A stretch of DNA of 64,000 nt. Origin: Spirochaetota bacterium. Lineage in GTDB: Bacteria; Spirochaetota; UBA4802; UBA5550. The stretch is from the NCBI GenBank assembly GCA_050298055.1, contig JBNKTL010000001.1:70979-134978 (forward strand). Direction: 5' to 3'. Under the pieces are notes generated by a model. The model had not been told where the DNA came from and made no database searches. It saw only the letters and a list, made by a program, of their open reading frames with translations. Below are positions 28,283 through 38,063 of this stretch, piece after piece (position 1 is the first letter of the stretch; each line of letters begins with the position of its first letter). Made by a program: the position numbers and the translations under genes.

Positions 28283-29473
28283 CTATTCTCCCGCAAGGAA
28301 CTTATATGCGGCAATTTTTTTTCTCAGGTAGAACGCCGTATACTCATTGGCCCACTCCCTTTTCTTCATGAGAAGGACCCTGTATATCTCCAGGATCGCC
28401 TGAGAGTTCTTCTTGAGGTTAAGACTGTATTTTTCAATAGAGTGGAAATTTGTCACAAAGAGCTTTTTCAGAAGAAGGGAAGTAAACCTGTTGCCGTCGG
28501 GAGAAAACGATATGTCCTCACCTTCAATACCAATATTCAAAAGCCTGTTTTCAGATATCCTGTAGATATGGACCACCTGGTTTTTCAGGACCGCTACAAT
28601 TCCTGCATTGTTTGAGTAGGTGAGGTTGGTGTTCAGGGAATTCGAGATGATTCTTCGTGACCGTCTCCTCACAGTATCATAGAGATTGAGAGAATAAGTG
28701 CCGGGGGAACCCGATCGATAAAAGAAATACCTGTTGTTTATCCATGAAATCTCGGTAGCAGAGGTGAGGTTGCGGATCGTCCCTGTCCACCTCCGGGTTA
28801 TGATCTTTGCCAGATAATATCCGCCGCTGCCGCTGATGATAAGCTTCTTAAGCCTGTTCGGGGAAAAATAGAGCATGTTTACACCGTTCTTCTGCACAAT
28901 ATCCGCATACTTGATCCTTCTGTAGACCAGCCTTTTTATACCGGTTACGGGAAAGTGCTCAAGAAACCCACTGCTGCCCTCGTAAATGATTGAATCACCC
29001 TCTGGAGATTGAGTAAAATCCACAAAGAGATTGGGAGTTTTAAGGATATTAACTTTTTTCCGTTCAATATTGAGGAGTATGGTTTCACCCAGGGGAAAAT
29101 CCCTTTTTTGTGAAAGAAACCTCTTCACAAAGAGGTACCTTTTGTTGTTGCTGATCTGGCAATGGGTCACCACTCCCTCAAACCTGAGGATCTCTTCCTT
29201 CCTGTGATGAATAAGGTTGTACCGGAAGATCACGTTTGACCCGGAGAGTTCCCTGGTATAGATTATCTCTTTACCGGAGATCCAGTTTGCAAAGATCACA
29301 TCCCTGTCAACAAAGAGAGAATGTATGGCCTTATGGGTGTCAATCTTCCGGTCAAGGAGCAGTTTGTAGGACCTGGAGTCCTCTTTTATATAGATTTTAT
29401 CAAGATTAATGTCCTTGCCGGCAGAAGAAACAACCGAAAGGACAAAAACTGCAAATATAAGAATTCTCTTCAA
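28283..29473 (-). CDS. Secreted TolB-like/beta-propeller hypothetical protein
   Basis: Signal peptide; repeated SPEGD/FSPN/FSPDG turns; TTG start with GGAG RBS. Confidence 0.7.
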   Translation of the reverse strand: MKRILIFAVFVLSVVSSAGKDINLDKIYIKEDSRSYKLLLDRKIDTHKAIHSLFVDRDVIFANWISGKEIIYTRELSGSNVIFRYNLIHHRKEEILRFEGVVTHCQISNNKRYLFVKRFLSQKRDFPLGETILLNIERKKVNILKTPNLFVDFTQSPEGDSIIYEGSSGFLEHFPVTGIKRLVYRRIKYADIVQKNGVNMLYFSPNRLKKLIISGSGGYYLAKIITRRWTGTIRNLTSATEISWINNRYFFYRSGSPGTYSLNLYDTVRRRSRRIISNSLNTNLTYSNNAGIVAVLKNQVVHIYRISENRLLNIGIEGEDISFSPDGNRFTSLLLKKLFVTNFHSIEKYSLNLKKNSQAILEIYRVLLMKKREWANEYTAFYLRKKIAAYKFLAGE

Positions 29474-29515
29474 TTCTCCATGGCCTGGTACTGATTGACT
29501 TTTTTTAAACCGGGA

Positions 29516-31051
29516 TCACTCTTTGCCGGGAGTGCCGGTATTGCCCTTCTCTTCCTTCCCGGAACCCGAATTCTCCTCTTTACCTGTTTCGGCGGGTTCC
29601 GGTTTTCCTTTGATATTCTCTCCCTCTGTTTTCTTTTTCCGGATATCCTCTATTGAGGGAATGACAAATTTCTGTCCCGGAAAGATCAGGTCGGGATCCT
29701 TTATCTGGCTTTTGTTTGCCCTGTAGATATGGGGCCAGAGCCGTGCGTTTTTATAGACCCGCAGGGATATTCTCCAGAGACAGTCAGTGTTCCTCTTTCT
29801 CCATTTGACCGTATAGACCACTTTCTCCTTTAGATCACGGCCTACTCCGGTTTCTTTTGCTGATCCCTGTGACTTTTCAATCTCAATAATTGTTGTTTTA
29901 AGAATGAGTTCCGCTTCGCCGGATTTCATGATCGATCCATTATAGTTCTTTTCTTCAAACATCTGTTTGCTGCCTGCCAGAAGCGCGCCGGCTTCATTAA
30001 ACTGGGCATCATATTTGTTTTCGGTATCCCTGGCTTTCGTCTTCTCGAGGAGCTCTGTGACGGATATGATCTTCTCCTTTGCAAGGGCCGTTTCCATTTT
30101 TTGTTTGGCCAGCGCCACCTGTCCTTCCGCTTCCGTGATCTTTCCTGTTGCTTCATCCGGTTTATCGTCTGAAAGAAGTTGATTTGATTCACCGAGGAGA
30201 CCCTCCGCGCTTTTAATCTCTTCCGGGGCAAATTCATCCCCCCTGTTGGCTTTCAGATTTTTAATTTCTTCATCAAGAGCTTTGATCCTCTCCGCTGCTG
30301 TTGCTTTCTTTGATTCACGTTCAGCTGCGGCCTCAATCTTCTCCCGGGCCTTCCTGATATCAGCCTCTGCCTTTGCAAGGGCCCCGTTGATCTCTTTCAG
30401 TTTTTTTGCCTGCAGAATAGCTGCCGCGCTTTCCAGGCTTTCCCCTGCCTGTTTAAGTTCATCCTCGGCTACACTGCTCATTTTTTGCGCAGCCAGGACG
30501 TCCCTGTCCCCTTTCAGGCTCTCAAGTTTCTTTTCAAGTTCCGGTATGGCCGCAAGGGCCTTGTCCCGGGCAGCGGAGGCAGTCCCCATGGCGTCCCGTG
30601 CCTCCAGGTACGCCTCCCAGTATTTTTTCTCTGTGTTGAGTTTATCAGCCTGCTTTATCTCATTATCAGCTGTCTTATACTCTTCGGATGCAGTCTCTGC
30701 CGCGTTCAATTCTCCGGCTTCACTGAATATCTTTTTTGCTTCATCAATTGTGTCTTTTGCCAGAAGGGGAAGCGATGTTTTAATTGCCGCCATTGCCAGG
30801 TTTTTCGACTTTACGGCACTCTTTTTCGCGTCATCGGCTTTCTCCTGTTTGATGAAATCGTGACTTTTATAAAGCTCCTGTATGGCACTATCGAGGTTTT
30901 TCTTATCATATTTTTCTGCTTTAACCTCTTTTGCCCGATCAATGGTCTGCTTCGCATCAATGATCTCCCGTACCGGAACATCCAGTTCGCAGGAGACAAG
31001 TACAAGTACCGAGAGTAAAACTGCGGAAATGAAAACACCTCTGTTTTTCAT
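29516..31051 (-). CDS. LysM-domain coiled-coil lipoprotein (LipL71/LruA-like)
   Basis: Lipobox LVS-C, long Ala/Glu/Lys helices, LysM YTV...DCLWRIS...WPHIYRANKSQIKDPDLIFPGQ. Confidence 0.85.
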   Translation of the reverse strand: MKNRGVFISAVLLSVLVLVSCELDVPVREIIDAKQTIDRAKEVKAEKYDKKNLDSAIQELYKSHDFIKQEKADDAKKSAVKSKNLAMAAIKTSLPLLAKDTIDEAKKIFSEAGELNAAETASEEYKTADNEIKQADKLNTEKKYWEAYLEARDAMGTASAARDKALAAIPELEKKLESLKGDRDVLAAQKMSSVAEDELKQAGESLESAAAILQAKKLKEINGALAKAEADIRKAREKIEAAAERESKKATAAERIKALDEEIKNLKANRGDEFAPEEIKSAEGLLGESNQLLSDDKPDEATGKITEAEGQVALAKQKMETALAKEKIISVTELLEKTKARDTENKYDAQFNEAGALLAGSKQMFEEKNYNGSIMKSGEAELILKTTIIEIEKSQGSAKETGVGRDLKEKVVYTVKWRKRNTDCLWRISLRVYKNARLWPHIYRANKSQIKDPDLIFPGQKFVIPSIEDIRKKKTEGENIKGKPEPAETGKEENSGSGKEEKGNTGTPGKE

Positions 31052-31088
31052 GATTTTACCTCTAAATGTTATAATAACTTTCACAATC

Positions 31089-31230
31089 GTAACTACTCAA
31101 GCTTAGGAGAGAAATAATCACATTCATAAAAAACATTACGGATATGTCCCCGCCGCCGAAGGCGGCGGGGACATATTGTTGATATTTTTTTAAATACATT
31201 TATTACAACCATAGAGCCAAGTAGTTCTAC
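31089..31230. mobile_element. MITE-like dispersed element, best-preserved copy
   Basis: Left end GTAACTACTCAAG, perfect 16-bp hairpin ATATGTCCCCGCCGCC-gaa-GGCGGCGGGGACATAT (31142-31176), degenerate right end GCCAAGTAGTTCTAC. Confidence 0.7.
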
Positions 31231-31340
31231 AAAATCATATTTTTAGATCATTACAAGCTAAATGTCAATAGAAAAAAGAGACAAGGAAGAAAGAGAAGAG
31301 ACTTCACACAGAGCACGCAAAGAAAAATTGTGGAAAACTG

Positions 31341-34103
31341 TCAACCCATCTTATTGATGATTTCCGTGCACCGGGGGCAGAGTTCGCTGTGTTTTTCATC
31401 TGTTCCAAGCTTATCCGTGTAGTTCCAGCACCTGACACACTTTTCTCCCCGGGTCCTGACGGCTTTAATAGAAGACTTTTCATATTGGGTCATACCTTCG
31501 GTTTCGGTATCGGCCAGGGAGATCTTCGCGACCTGGAAAAACCTTCTCAGTTCATCCCCCAGTCCGAGCATCTCTTCCTTAACCGCCTTATCGCAAATGT
31601 AGACCTCAATTTCAGCTTCCAGGGACGCCTTGATGACTTTCTCTTTTCTGAGCTCTTCAAGGGCTTTCAGGGCGTCATTTTTGACATCCACAACCATCTC
31701 AATCTTCTTTTCAATTTCCGGGTTATTGAATTTTTCATTCAGAGAATAGTATTTCTGCATATGGATGGAATCACTGTTACCCATGAACTGCCATATCTCT
31801 TCCGCGGTAAAGGAGAGTATGGGGGCAATAAGTCTCACCAGGGAATTGTAGATCTCGTAGAGAACAGTCTGGTTGCTTCTTCTTATTTTTGAGTCCTTCT
31901 CCTCGATATAGAGTATGTCCTTGGATATATCAAAATAGATGGATGAAAGTTCAACGGCACAGAAGTTCAGGATCTTTCTGTACACAAGGTGAAACTCAAA
32001 CTCCTCGTAATGCCTGATCACCGACCGGGAGAGCCTGGTAAGCTTGTTCAGGATCCACTTATCAATACCGGTGAGGCTTTCGTATTCAACAATATCTTTT
32101 TCGGTAAAGTCCGATATGTTTCCAATGATGAACTTGAAGGTGTTCCTTATTCTCCTGTAGGAATCGGCAATCTGCCTGATCATATCCATCCCGATACGGA
32201 GGTCGTTCCTGTAATCCTCCGAGGAGACCCAGAGTCTCACGATATCGGCGCCGAACTGTTTGATCAGCTTCTCGGGAGGTATAACATTTCCCATGGATTT
32301 GCTCATGGCCTTTCCCTTCTCATCCAGTAAAAATCCATGTGTTAAAACCGTATTATAGGGAGCACGCCCCCTGAGGGCAAGTGCAGGCCAGAGAGATGAC
32401 TGGAACCAGCCCCTGTGCTGATCGCTTCCTTCAAGATAGACATCCGCCGGCCACCTGTGGTCATCCCTGTTATCAAGGACAACGGTATTTGATACCCCGG
32501 AATCAAACCATACGTCCAGAATGTCAAACTCCTTTACCATCTTTTCGCTGCCGCATTCACACTTTGTTCCTTCAGGTATAAGGTCGCCGATATCTTCCGT
32601 ATACCATGCATCGATTCCTTTCTCTGCGGCAACCTCTGAAAATTTCAGTACCGATTCGGCACCCATCAGGTTCCGGCCGCAATCTTCACACCTGAATGAG
32701 GGAATTGGCACCCCCCATGAACGCTGCCGGGAGAGACACCAGTCGGGCCGTGACTCCACCATGCTTCTGAACCGGGACTCTCCCCATGAAGGGACCCACT
32801 GAGTATTATCAACAGAGGCCATTGCCTTCTCTCTCAGGTTGTCGTGGTCAATGACCATGAACCACTGCTCGGTGGCCCTGTATATCAGCGGCTTTTTGCA
32901 TCTCCAGCAGTGCGGATAGGAGTGTTCCACCTCATCCGAATGGATGAGTGTTCCGTTGTTCTTTAACAGATCGACGATCTTATCGTTTGCATCGAAAACC
33001 TTAGTCCCCTCCATCTCGGGAAAGTTGCTGTCAAACCGTCCATGGTCATCAACAGGACAGTAGACATCGAGACCGTTTTCAAGACCGGCAATATAGTCTT
33101 CATATCCGTGTCCCGGGGCAGTGTGCACAATACCAGTACCCTGTTCCAGGGTAACATGTTCTCCGAAGATAACCCGGGACTCCCTTTCGATAAAAGGGTG
33201 GTTGACCTTCAGGGCTTTAATCCGGTCATATGATATATCAATGACTGCATCATGGGTCTTCTCGATCTCTTTTTCAAAACTCTCAATGAGTCCCTTCGCG
33301 AGGATATAATGCTCATCACCAAACCGGTACACCCCGTATTCATACTCGGGGTGAAAGGAGAGAGCCAGGTTTGCCGGCAGGGTCCAGGGGGTTGTGGTCC
33401 ATATAACGGCAAAGAGTTTATTATTATCAACTTCCCCGCCTTTAAAAGATCCGGGGTCAACCTTGAACTTCACGTAAATAGAGGGAGATTTATGGTCATC
33501 ATATTCAACTTCCGCCTCAGCCAGGGCGGTAACGCAAGTAGGGCACCAGTAAATGGGCTTTTTATTTTTCCGGACATAACCCTTCTCAAAAATCTCACCG
33601 AAGACCTTCACAATCGTTGTCTCGTAGTTCCTGGACATTGTCAGGTAGGGATTTTCATAGTCTCCGAATACGCCAAGCCTTTTGAATTCATCCATCTGGA
33701 TATTGACATATTCTCCGGCATATTCCCTGCAGAGCTTCCTGATTTCCACCCTGTCCGTTGTACAGCTTTTTTTCCCCTGCTTTTTTGTTACCTGCAGCTC
33801 AATGGGAAGACCGTGGCAGTCCCAGCCGGGGACATAGGGAGATTTGAATCCCATTGTGGTTTTATGCTTTATAATGATATCCTTGAGTGTTTTGTTTAGA
33901 GCATGACCGAGATGAATATGCCCGTTGGCATAAGGAGGCCCGTCATGGAGTATAAAGAGTTCCGCATCTTTCCTTGACTCCAGGATTTTTTTATAGATAT
34001 TCTCCTCTTTCCATTTTTTCAGGATTTCCGGCTCCCTGTTGGGGAGGTTTGCTTTCATGGGAAAGTCCGTTTTGGGGAGGTTTACTGTTTTTGAATAATC
34101 CAT
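31341..34103 (-). CDS. ileS: Isoleucine--tRNA ligase (type 1)
   Basis: HDGPPYANG/HLGH, WTTTPWT, AMSKS, C-terminal CVRCW...CPRC zinc finger. Confidence 0.99.
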   Translation of the reverse strand: MDYSKTVNLPKTDFPMKANLPNREPEILKKWKEENIYKKILESRKDAELFILHDGPPYANGHIHLGHALNKTLKDIIIKHKTTMGFKSPYVPGWDCHGLPIELQVTKKQGKKSCTTDRVEIRKLCREYAGEYVNIQMDEFKRLGVFGDYENPYLTMSRNYETTIVKVFGEIFEKGYVRKNKKPIYWCPTCVTALAEAEVEYDDHKSPSIYVKFKVDPGSFKGGEVDNNKLFAVIWTTTPWTLPANLALSFHPEYEYGVYRFGDEHYILAKGLIESFEKEIEKTHDAVIDISYDRIKALKVNHPFIERESRVIFGEHVTLEQGTGIVHTAPGHGYEDYIAGLENGLDVYCPVDDHGRFDSNFPEMEGTKVFDANDKIVDLLKNNGTLIHSDEVEHSYPHCWRCKKPLIYRATEQWFMVIDHDNLREKAMASVDNTQWVPSWGESRFRSMVESRPDWCLSRQRSWGVPIPSFRCEDCGRNLMGAESVLKFSEVAAEKGIDAWYTEDIGDLIPEGTKCECGSEKMVKEFDILDVWFDSGVSNTVVLDNRDDHRWPADVYLEGSDQHRGWFQSSLWPALALRGRAPYNTVLTHGFLLDEKGKAMSKSMGNVIPPEKLIKQFGADIVRLWVSSEDYRNDLRIGMDMIRQIADSYRRIRNTFKFIIGNISDFTEKDIVEYESLTGIDKWILNKLTRLSRSVIRHYEEFEFHLVYRKILNFCAVELSSIYFDISKDILYIEEKDSKIRRSNQTVLYEIYNSLVRLIAPILSFTAEEIWQFMGNSDSIHMQKYYSLNEKFNNPEIEKKIEMVVDVKNDALKALEELRKEKVIKASLEAEIEVYICDKAVKEEMLGLGDELRRFFQVAKISLADTETEGMTQYEKSSIKAVRTRGEKCVRCWNYTDKLGTDEKHSELCPRCTEIINKMG

Positions 34104-34293
34104 CTGGTGCCTCGCTGGTTTTCTCTTCTCTCAGGTTTGATAAGGCTTGCTATTTGTCAATTTTTTTTTGTGGTGAAACCCCTTCTGCGCCAGATGAGCT
34201 TGACTTTCCCGTTGATGAAGAATAAAAAGTCCTCATTCCCGTTATCATGACAATTATTACGTGTCGTCAGCAGATAATAGTATTATCTTATGA

Positions 34294-35004
34294 GTGAAGA
34301 AAATGAATGAAAAGATATTAATCGCAATCCCTTTTTTTGAGAACAGCGGTAACATTACGCCGCTTCTGGAATCCCTTTCCCGCAGTGAATACAGGAACAT
34401 CCTTCTGGTTGATGACGGCACCACAATGGGGATGAAAGATATTCCTGATCAATTCAGCCATGTTAAATATATTGGCCACGAAAAAAGTCTCGGATACGGC
34501 GCGGCATTCCTTACCGCATACAAGTATTCAAAAGATTTCGGTTATGATATCCTTATCACTGTTGATAAGAGCAGTACCGACATCCCCGGAGAGATCATCC
34601 AGATACTCGGCAACATGGAATACGGCTACGACATAGTCAGCTGCAGCAGGATACTGGAAAACTACGACCATAAAAAAATCGATCCCGGCTCTCTTGAGAT
34701 AACAACAATGATAAGTGAAAAGCTCTACAAGGAAATTCACCTTGACCTCACGGACCCCTTTTCCGGAATAAAAGGCTACAGGTTACATTCGCTGGAGAAT
34801 ATGGAACTCACCGAGTTTACTCACAACCTCTTATTGCAGATATGGATACAGGCGGTATATTTTTCACTGGAAATTATTGAGATCCCCTCTGTATCACCCT
34901 CAGGTTTTGGCAGTGAGCTGGACCTCTATGACAAGCTCCCCGACTATTTTATTGATTTTATCGATACTGAAAAATATCTCTATAAGAAGGGAACAATTAA
35001 CTGA
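34294..35004 (+). CDS. Glycosyltransferase family 2-like protein (divergent)
   Basis: IAIPFFE, LVDDG, HEKSLGYGAA, LTDPFSG; expected DxD appears as DKS. Confidence 0.75.
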   Translation: MKKMNEKILIAIPFFENSGNITPLLESLSRSEYRNILLVDDGTTMGMKDIPDQFSHVKYIGHEKSLGYGAAFLTAYKYSKDFGYDILITVDKSSTDIPGEIIQILGNMEYGYDIVSCSRILENYDHKKIDPGSLEITTMISEKLYKEIHLDLTDPFSGIKGYRLHSLENMELTEFTHNLLLQIWIQAVYFSLEIIEIPSVSPSGFGSELDLYDKLPDYFIDFIDTEKYLYKKGTIN

Positions 35005-35134
35005 ACAGGATGGGTCGCAGGTAACATTTATCCTGTCTCGTGTACTAAAGTGTCAATTAACAATTGACAAATCAAAATGACTTACAATAAAAAGAACTTT
35101 TAACTTCTTCAATCTACAGGGTAATATCATCACT

Positions 35135-36829
35135 ATGTCAAAACCGGTCATCGTTCAAAGCGATAATACAATTCTTCTTGAAGTCAATAATCCGGACTTT
35201 GAGACTGCCCGTGATTCAATATCCAAATTCTCGGAACTTGAGAAGAGTCCCGAACATATCCATACCTACCGGATAACACCTCTTTCCCTCTGGAACGCCG
35301 CATCTTCCGGGCTTGGGTACAGGGATATTCTGGAATTCCTGAAGGAACATTCACGGTATGAAATTCCGGACCTGGTACTTGTTACCATTGAAGAGCAGAT
35401 GAAGAGATACGGGCTTCTTAAACTGGTCAGGGAAGATGATCGTTATCTTCTCATGTCCGAAGATCCCGTTCTCTTTTCCGAGATACTGAATCACAGAAAA
35501 GTCATGGATTTCATCGATAAAAGACTTGATGACACAAAGGCCATCCTCAAGCCTGATTCCCGGGGCCATCTGAAACAGGCCCTTATCAAGATCGGTTTCC
35601 CCGTTGAAGACCTTGCGGGATACGAGGAGGGAGACAGCTGCTCCCTGTCACTGAGGTCCACAAGCTCCCGGGGAGTTGAGTTCAGTATCAGGGACTACCA
35701 GGAAAGCGCCATCAACTCCTTCTACCGGGGCGGCGGCCCCGAGGGCGGAAGCGGGGTTGTGGTCCTTCCCTGCGGCGCGGGCAAGACAATTATCGGAATA
35801 GGCGTTATGTCACTCATGGAGAGAGAGACCCTCATTCTGGTAACAAATACCGTTGCCATTCGGCAGTGGAAAGAGGAGCTTCTGGATAAAACCGATCTCG
35901 GTCCCGAAAACATCGGAGAATATTCCGGAGAAAAAAAGGAGATAAAACCGGTAACCATTGCCACCTACAATATCCTGACTTACAGAAAAAAGAAAAACGA
36001 CCCCTTTCTTCACTTCCGGGTATTTAACTCAAAAAACTGGGGCCTCATTATCTATGACGAGGTACACCTCCTGCCCGCCCCGGTTTTCAGAATGACTTCC
36101 GAGATACAGTCAAAGAGGAGGCTGGGACTTACAGCCACCCTGATTCGGGAAGATGGCCTTGAAACAGATGTTTTCAGCCTTATCGGTCCGAAGAAGTTTG
36201 ATATGCCGTGGAAGATCCTCGAGAAGACAAAATGGATTGCAACTGCCACATGTACCGAAATAAGGGTTGAGCTTCCGGAAGAGATAAGGATAAAATATTC
36301 TGTTTCCCGGGACAGGGACAAGTTCCGCCTTGCATCAGAGAACATCAGAAAGTTTCCTGTTACGGAAACACTTCTCGAAAAGCACAGGGGAGCAAATATA
36401 CTGATCATCGGCCAGTATATTTCACAGCTCAAAGAATTCGCGGAGAAGCTGAAGGTTCCTCTTATCACCGGAAGCACTCCCGTTTCCGAAAGGGAGAACC
36501 TCTACAGCCGGTTCAGGAAGGGTGAGATAAAGACACTCCTTGTTTCCAAGGTCGCCAACTTTTCCATTGACCTTCCCGATGCAAATGTTGCCATACAGAT
36601 TTCAGGTACATTCGGTTCCCGGCAGGAAGAGGCCCAGAGGCTTGGAAGAATACTCAGGCCGAAAAAAGGTGACAACAGCGCTTATTTCTATACGATTATT
36701 ACATCCAACTCCGTCGAGGAAAAGTTTGCCCATAACAGGCAGCTTTTCCTCACGGAACAGGGTTATACGTATATCATCAACAATGAAGAGATGTTTGAAC
36801 AGAGCTGTAAGGGAACCTCTATATATTGA
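35135..36829 (+). CDS. XPB/Ssl2-like DNA repair helicase
   Basis: SPEHIHTYRITPLSLWNA, LPCGAGKT, DEVH, TAT, QRLGRILR. Confidence 0.96.
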   Translation: MSKPVIVQSDNTILLEVNNPDFETARDSISKFSELEKSPEHIHTYRITPLSLWNAASSGLGYRDILEFLKEHSRYEIPDLVLVTIEEQMKRYGLLKLVREDDRYLLMSEDPVLFSEILNHRKVMDFIDKRLDDTKAILKPDSRGHLKQALIKIGFPVEDLAGYEEGDSCSLSLRSTSSRGVEFSIRDYQESAINSFYRGGGPEGGSGVVVLPCGAGKTIIGIGVMSLMERETLILVTNTVAIRQWKEELLDKTDLGPENIGEYSGEKKEIKPVTIATYNILTYRKKKNDPFLHFRVFNSKNWGLIIYDEVHLLPAPVFRMTSEIQSKRRLGLTATLIREDGLETDVFSLIGPKKFDMPWKILEKTKWIATATCTEIRVELPEEIRIKYSVSRDRDKFRLASENIRKFPVTETLLEKHRGANILIIGQYISQLKEFAEKLKVPLITGSTPVSERENLYSRFRKGEIKTLLVSKVANFSIDLPDANVAIQISGTFGSRQEEAQRLGRILRPKKGDNSAYFYTIITSNSVEEKFAHNRQLFLTEQGYTYIINNEEMFEQSCKGTSIY

Positions 36830-37448
36830 GCTTTACTCCCACTCTCGCAATAAATCCGGACATGTTAAATTCAACCCCATCCTTACTGGGATAGATTCCT
36901 CTATAGCCGCCATCAAATGTAAACTGCACATTAGACGCCTGGCTTGGCTGCAGGGAGAATGAGATAAGAACCTGCCAGGCAAAGCCGGAATAGAAGTTCG
37001 TCTGGTCTTTGGATGAATGTGTGCCGGATCCATCGGTATATTCCGGTATTGAATCATCCAGCATCATAAAGGAGTACCCGAGACCGGCAATAAGTGAAGG
37101 TTCCACTGTAATAAATTCTTTGAGGTTTGGAAGCTTCACCTGCGCGTTAAAAAAGAAAGGAAAGACGAATACATTGGTTTCGGCTTTCACATCGGCTGAT
37201 GTCATTCCTATATCCTCTTCACCAAGCTTCCTGTCCCACTGCAGCCAGAAAAAATCCCCCTCAAGCCCTACACCAAAAAAAGGGTCCAGGTTGAAAAAGT
37301 AGTTAAGGCTTATATCGAGCCCGAATTTCTCAGCATCACTGGCATATGATGTCCCGATCTTCCCATTGAATTCATTACCATAGGAGAGGCTCTTACCGGT
37401 TTGAAGGATAACAAGAAAGACTGCCAGAGTTAAAAATAACTTTTTCAT
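36819..37448 (-). CDS. Putative outer-membrane beta-barrel protein
   Basis: Signal peptide, amphipathic strands, ends GFIARVGVKLNI. Confidence 0.7.
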   Translation of the reverse strand: MKKLFLTLAVFLVILQTGKSLSYGNEFNGKIGTSYASDAEKFGLDISLNYFFNLDPFFGVGLEGDFFWLQWDRKLGEEDIGMTSADVKAETNVFVFPFFFNAQVKLPNLKEFITVEPSLIAGLGYSFMMLDDSIPEYTDGSGTHSSKDQTNFYSGFAWQVLISFSLQPSQASNVQFTFDGGYRGIYPSKDGVEFNMSGFIARVGVKLNI

Positions 37449-37471
37449 TTATTTCTCCAGTAAAAAAATAA

Positions 37472-37612
37472 GTAACTACTCAGCCACATATGAATAAAAT
37501 TTCATATTTACTAATAATATCAACAAGATGTCCCTGCCGCCTTTAGTGGCGGACATTATTCTATAAGAAATCAGACATAATACTATTCTGTCAAGCAAAA
37601 GTGTTAAATTAC
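37472..37612. mobile_element. MITE-like dispersed element, inverted relative to the 31089 copy
   Basis: GTAACTACTCAGCC...AATATCAACAAGATGTCCCTGCCGCCTTTAGTGGCGGACAT aligns with the reverse complement of 31141-31230. Confidence 0.7.
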
Positions 37613-37699
37613 AGGGTAAATTATATCAGAGACTTAATTAAATAACTAATCAGAAATAGATATTCACAAAATATTAAATAATTATAAACGATATCTTTA

Positions 37700-38045
37700 G
37701 CATTATCAACAGAAAATTCCTGTTATCAACAGTTTATCCTCATGTTATTAAAAATACAAATTTTTTTTATTAATTTTTGCCTAAAGGGAATTAATTAGTT
37801 GCAAAATTTTCTCAGGAAATTAATCAATTAAGTGTTTTTCCGCGGGCAATTTTGGTAATTATACAGTCTTTCAACAGAGTAACATGCATATGAGAACATT
37901 AATTGTAGCATTTAAGCAGTAATAGCAATGTTTTTATATTCCTATATGACATAATACATAAGTGTCAAAGAACGATTATAAAATTATTAATACTGAACAT
38001 TAATATACTTATAAACAAAGTTATCAACAAATGTGGATAAATTTA
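37700..38045. promoter_or_regulatory. oriC part 1 / dnaA promoter region with DnaA boxes
   Basis: TTATCAACA 37703, 37723, 38021; TTATCCTCA 37734; perfect TGTGGATAA 38032; very AT-rich. Confidence 0.85.
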
Positions 38046-38063
38046 TGGTAAAGGTGTCTTGAA

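Noticed and set aside
34104..34293. T-box leader upstream of ileS
   Set aside because: No T-box consensus or terminator/antiterminator seen, and the putative -35 is too close to the start for such a leader
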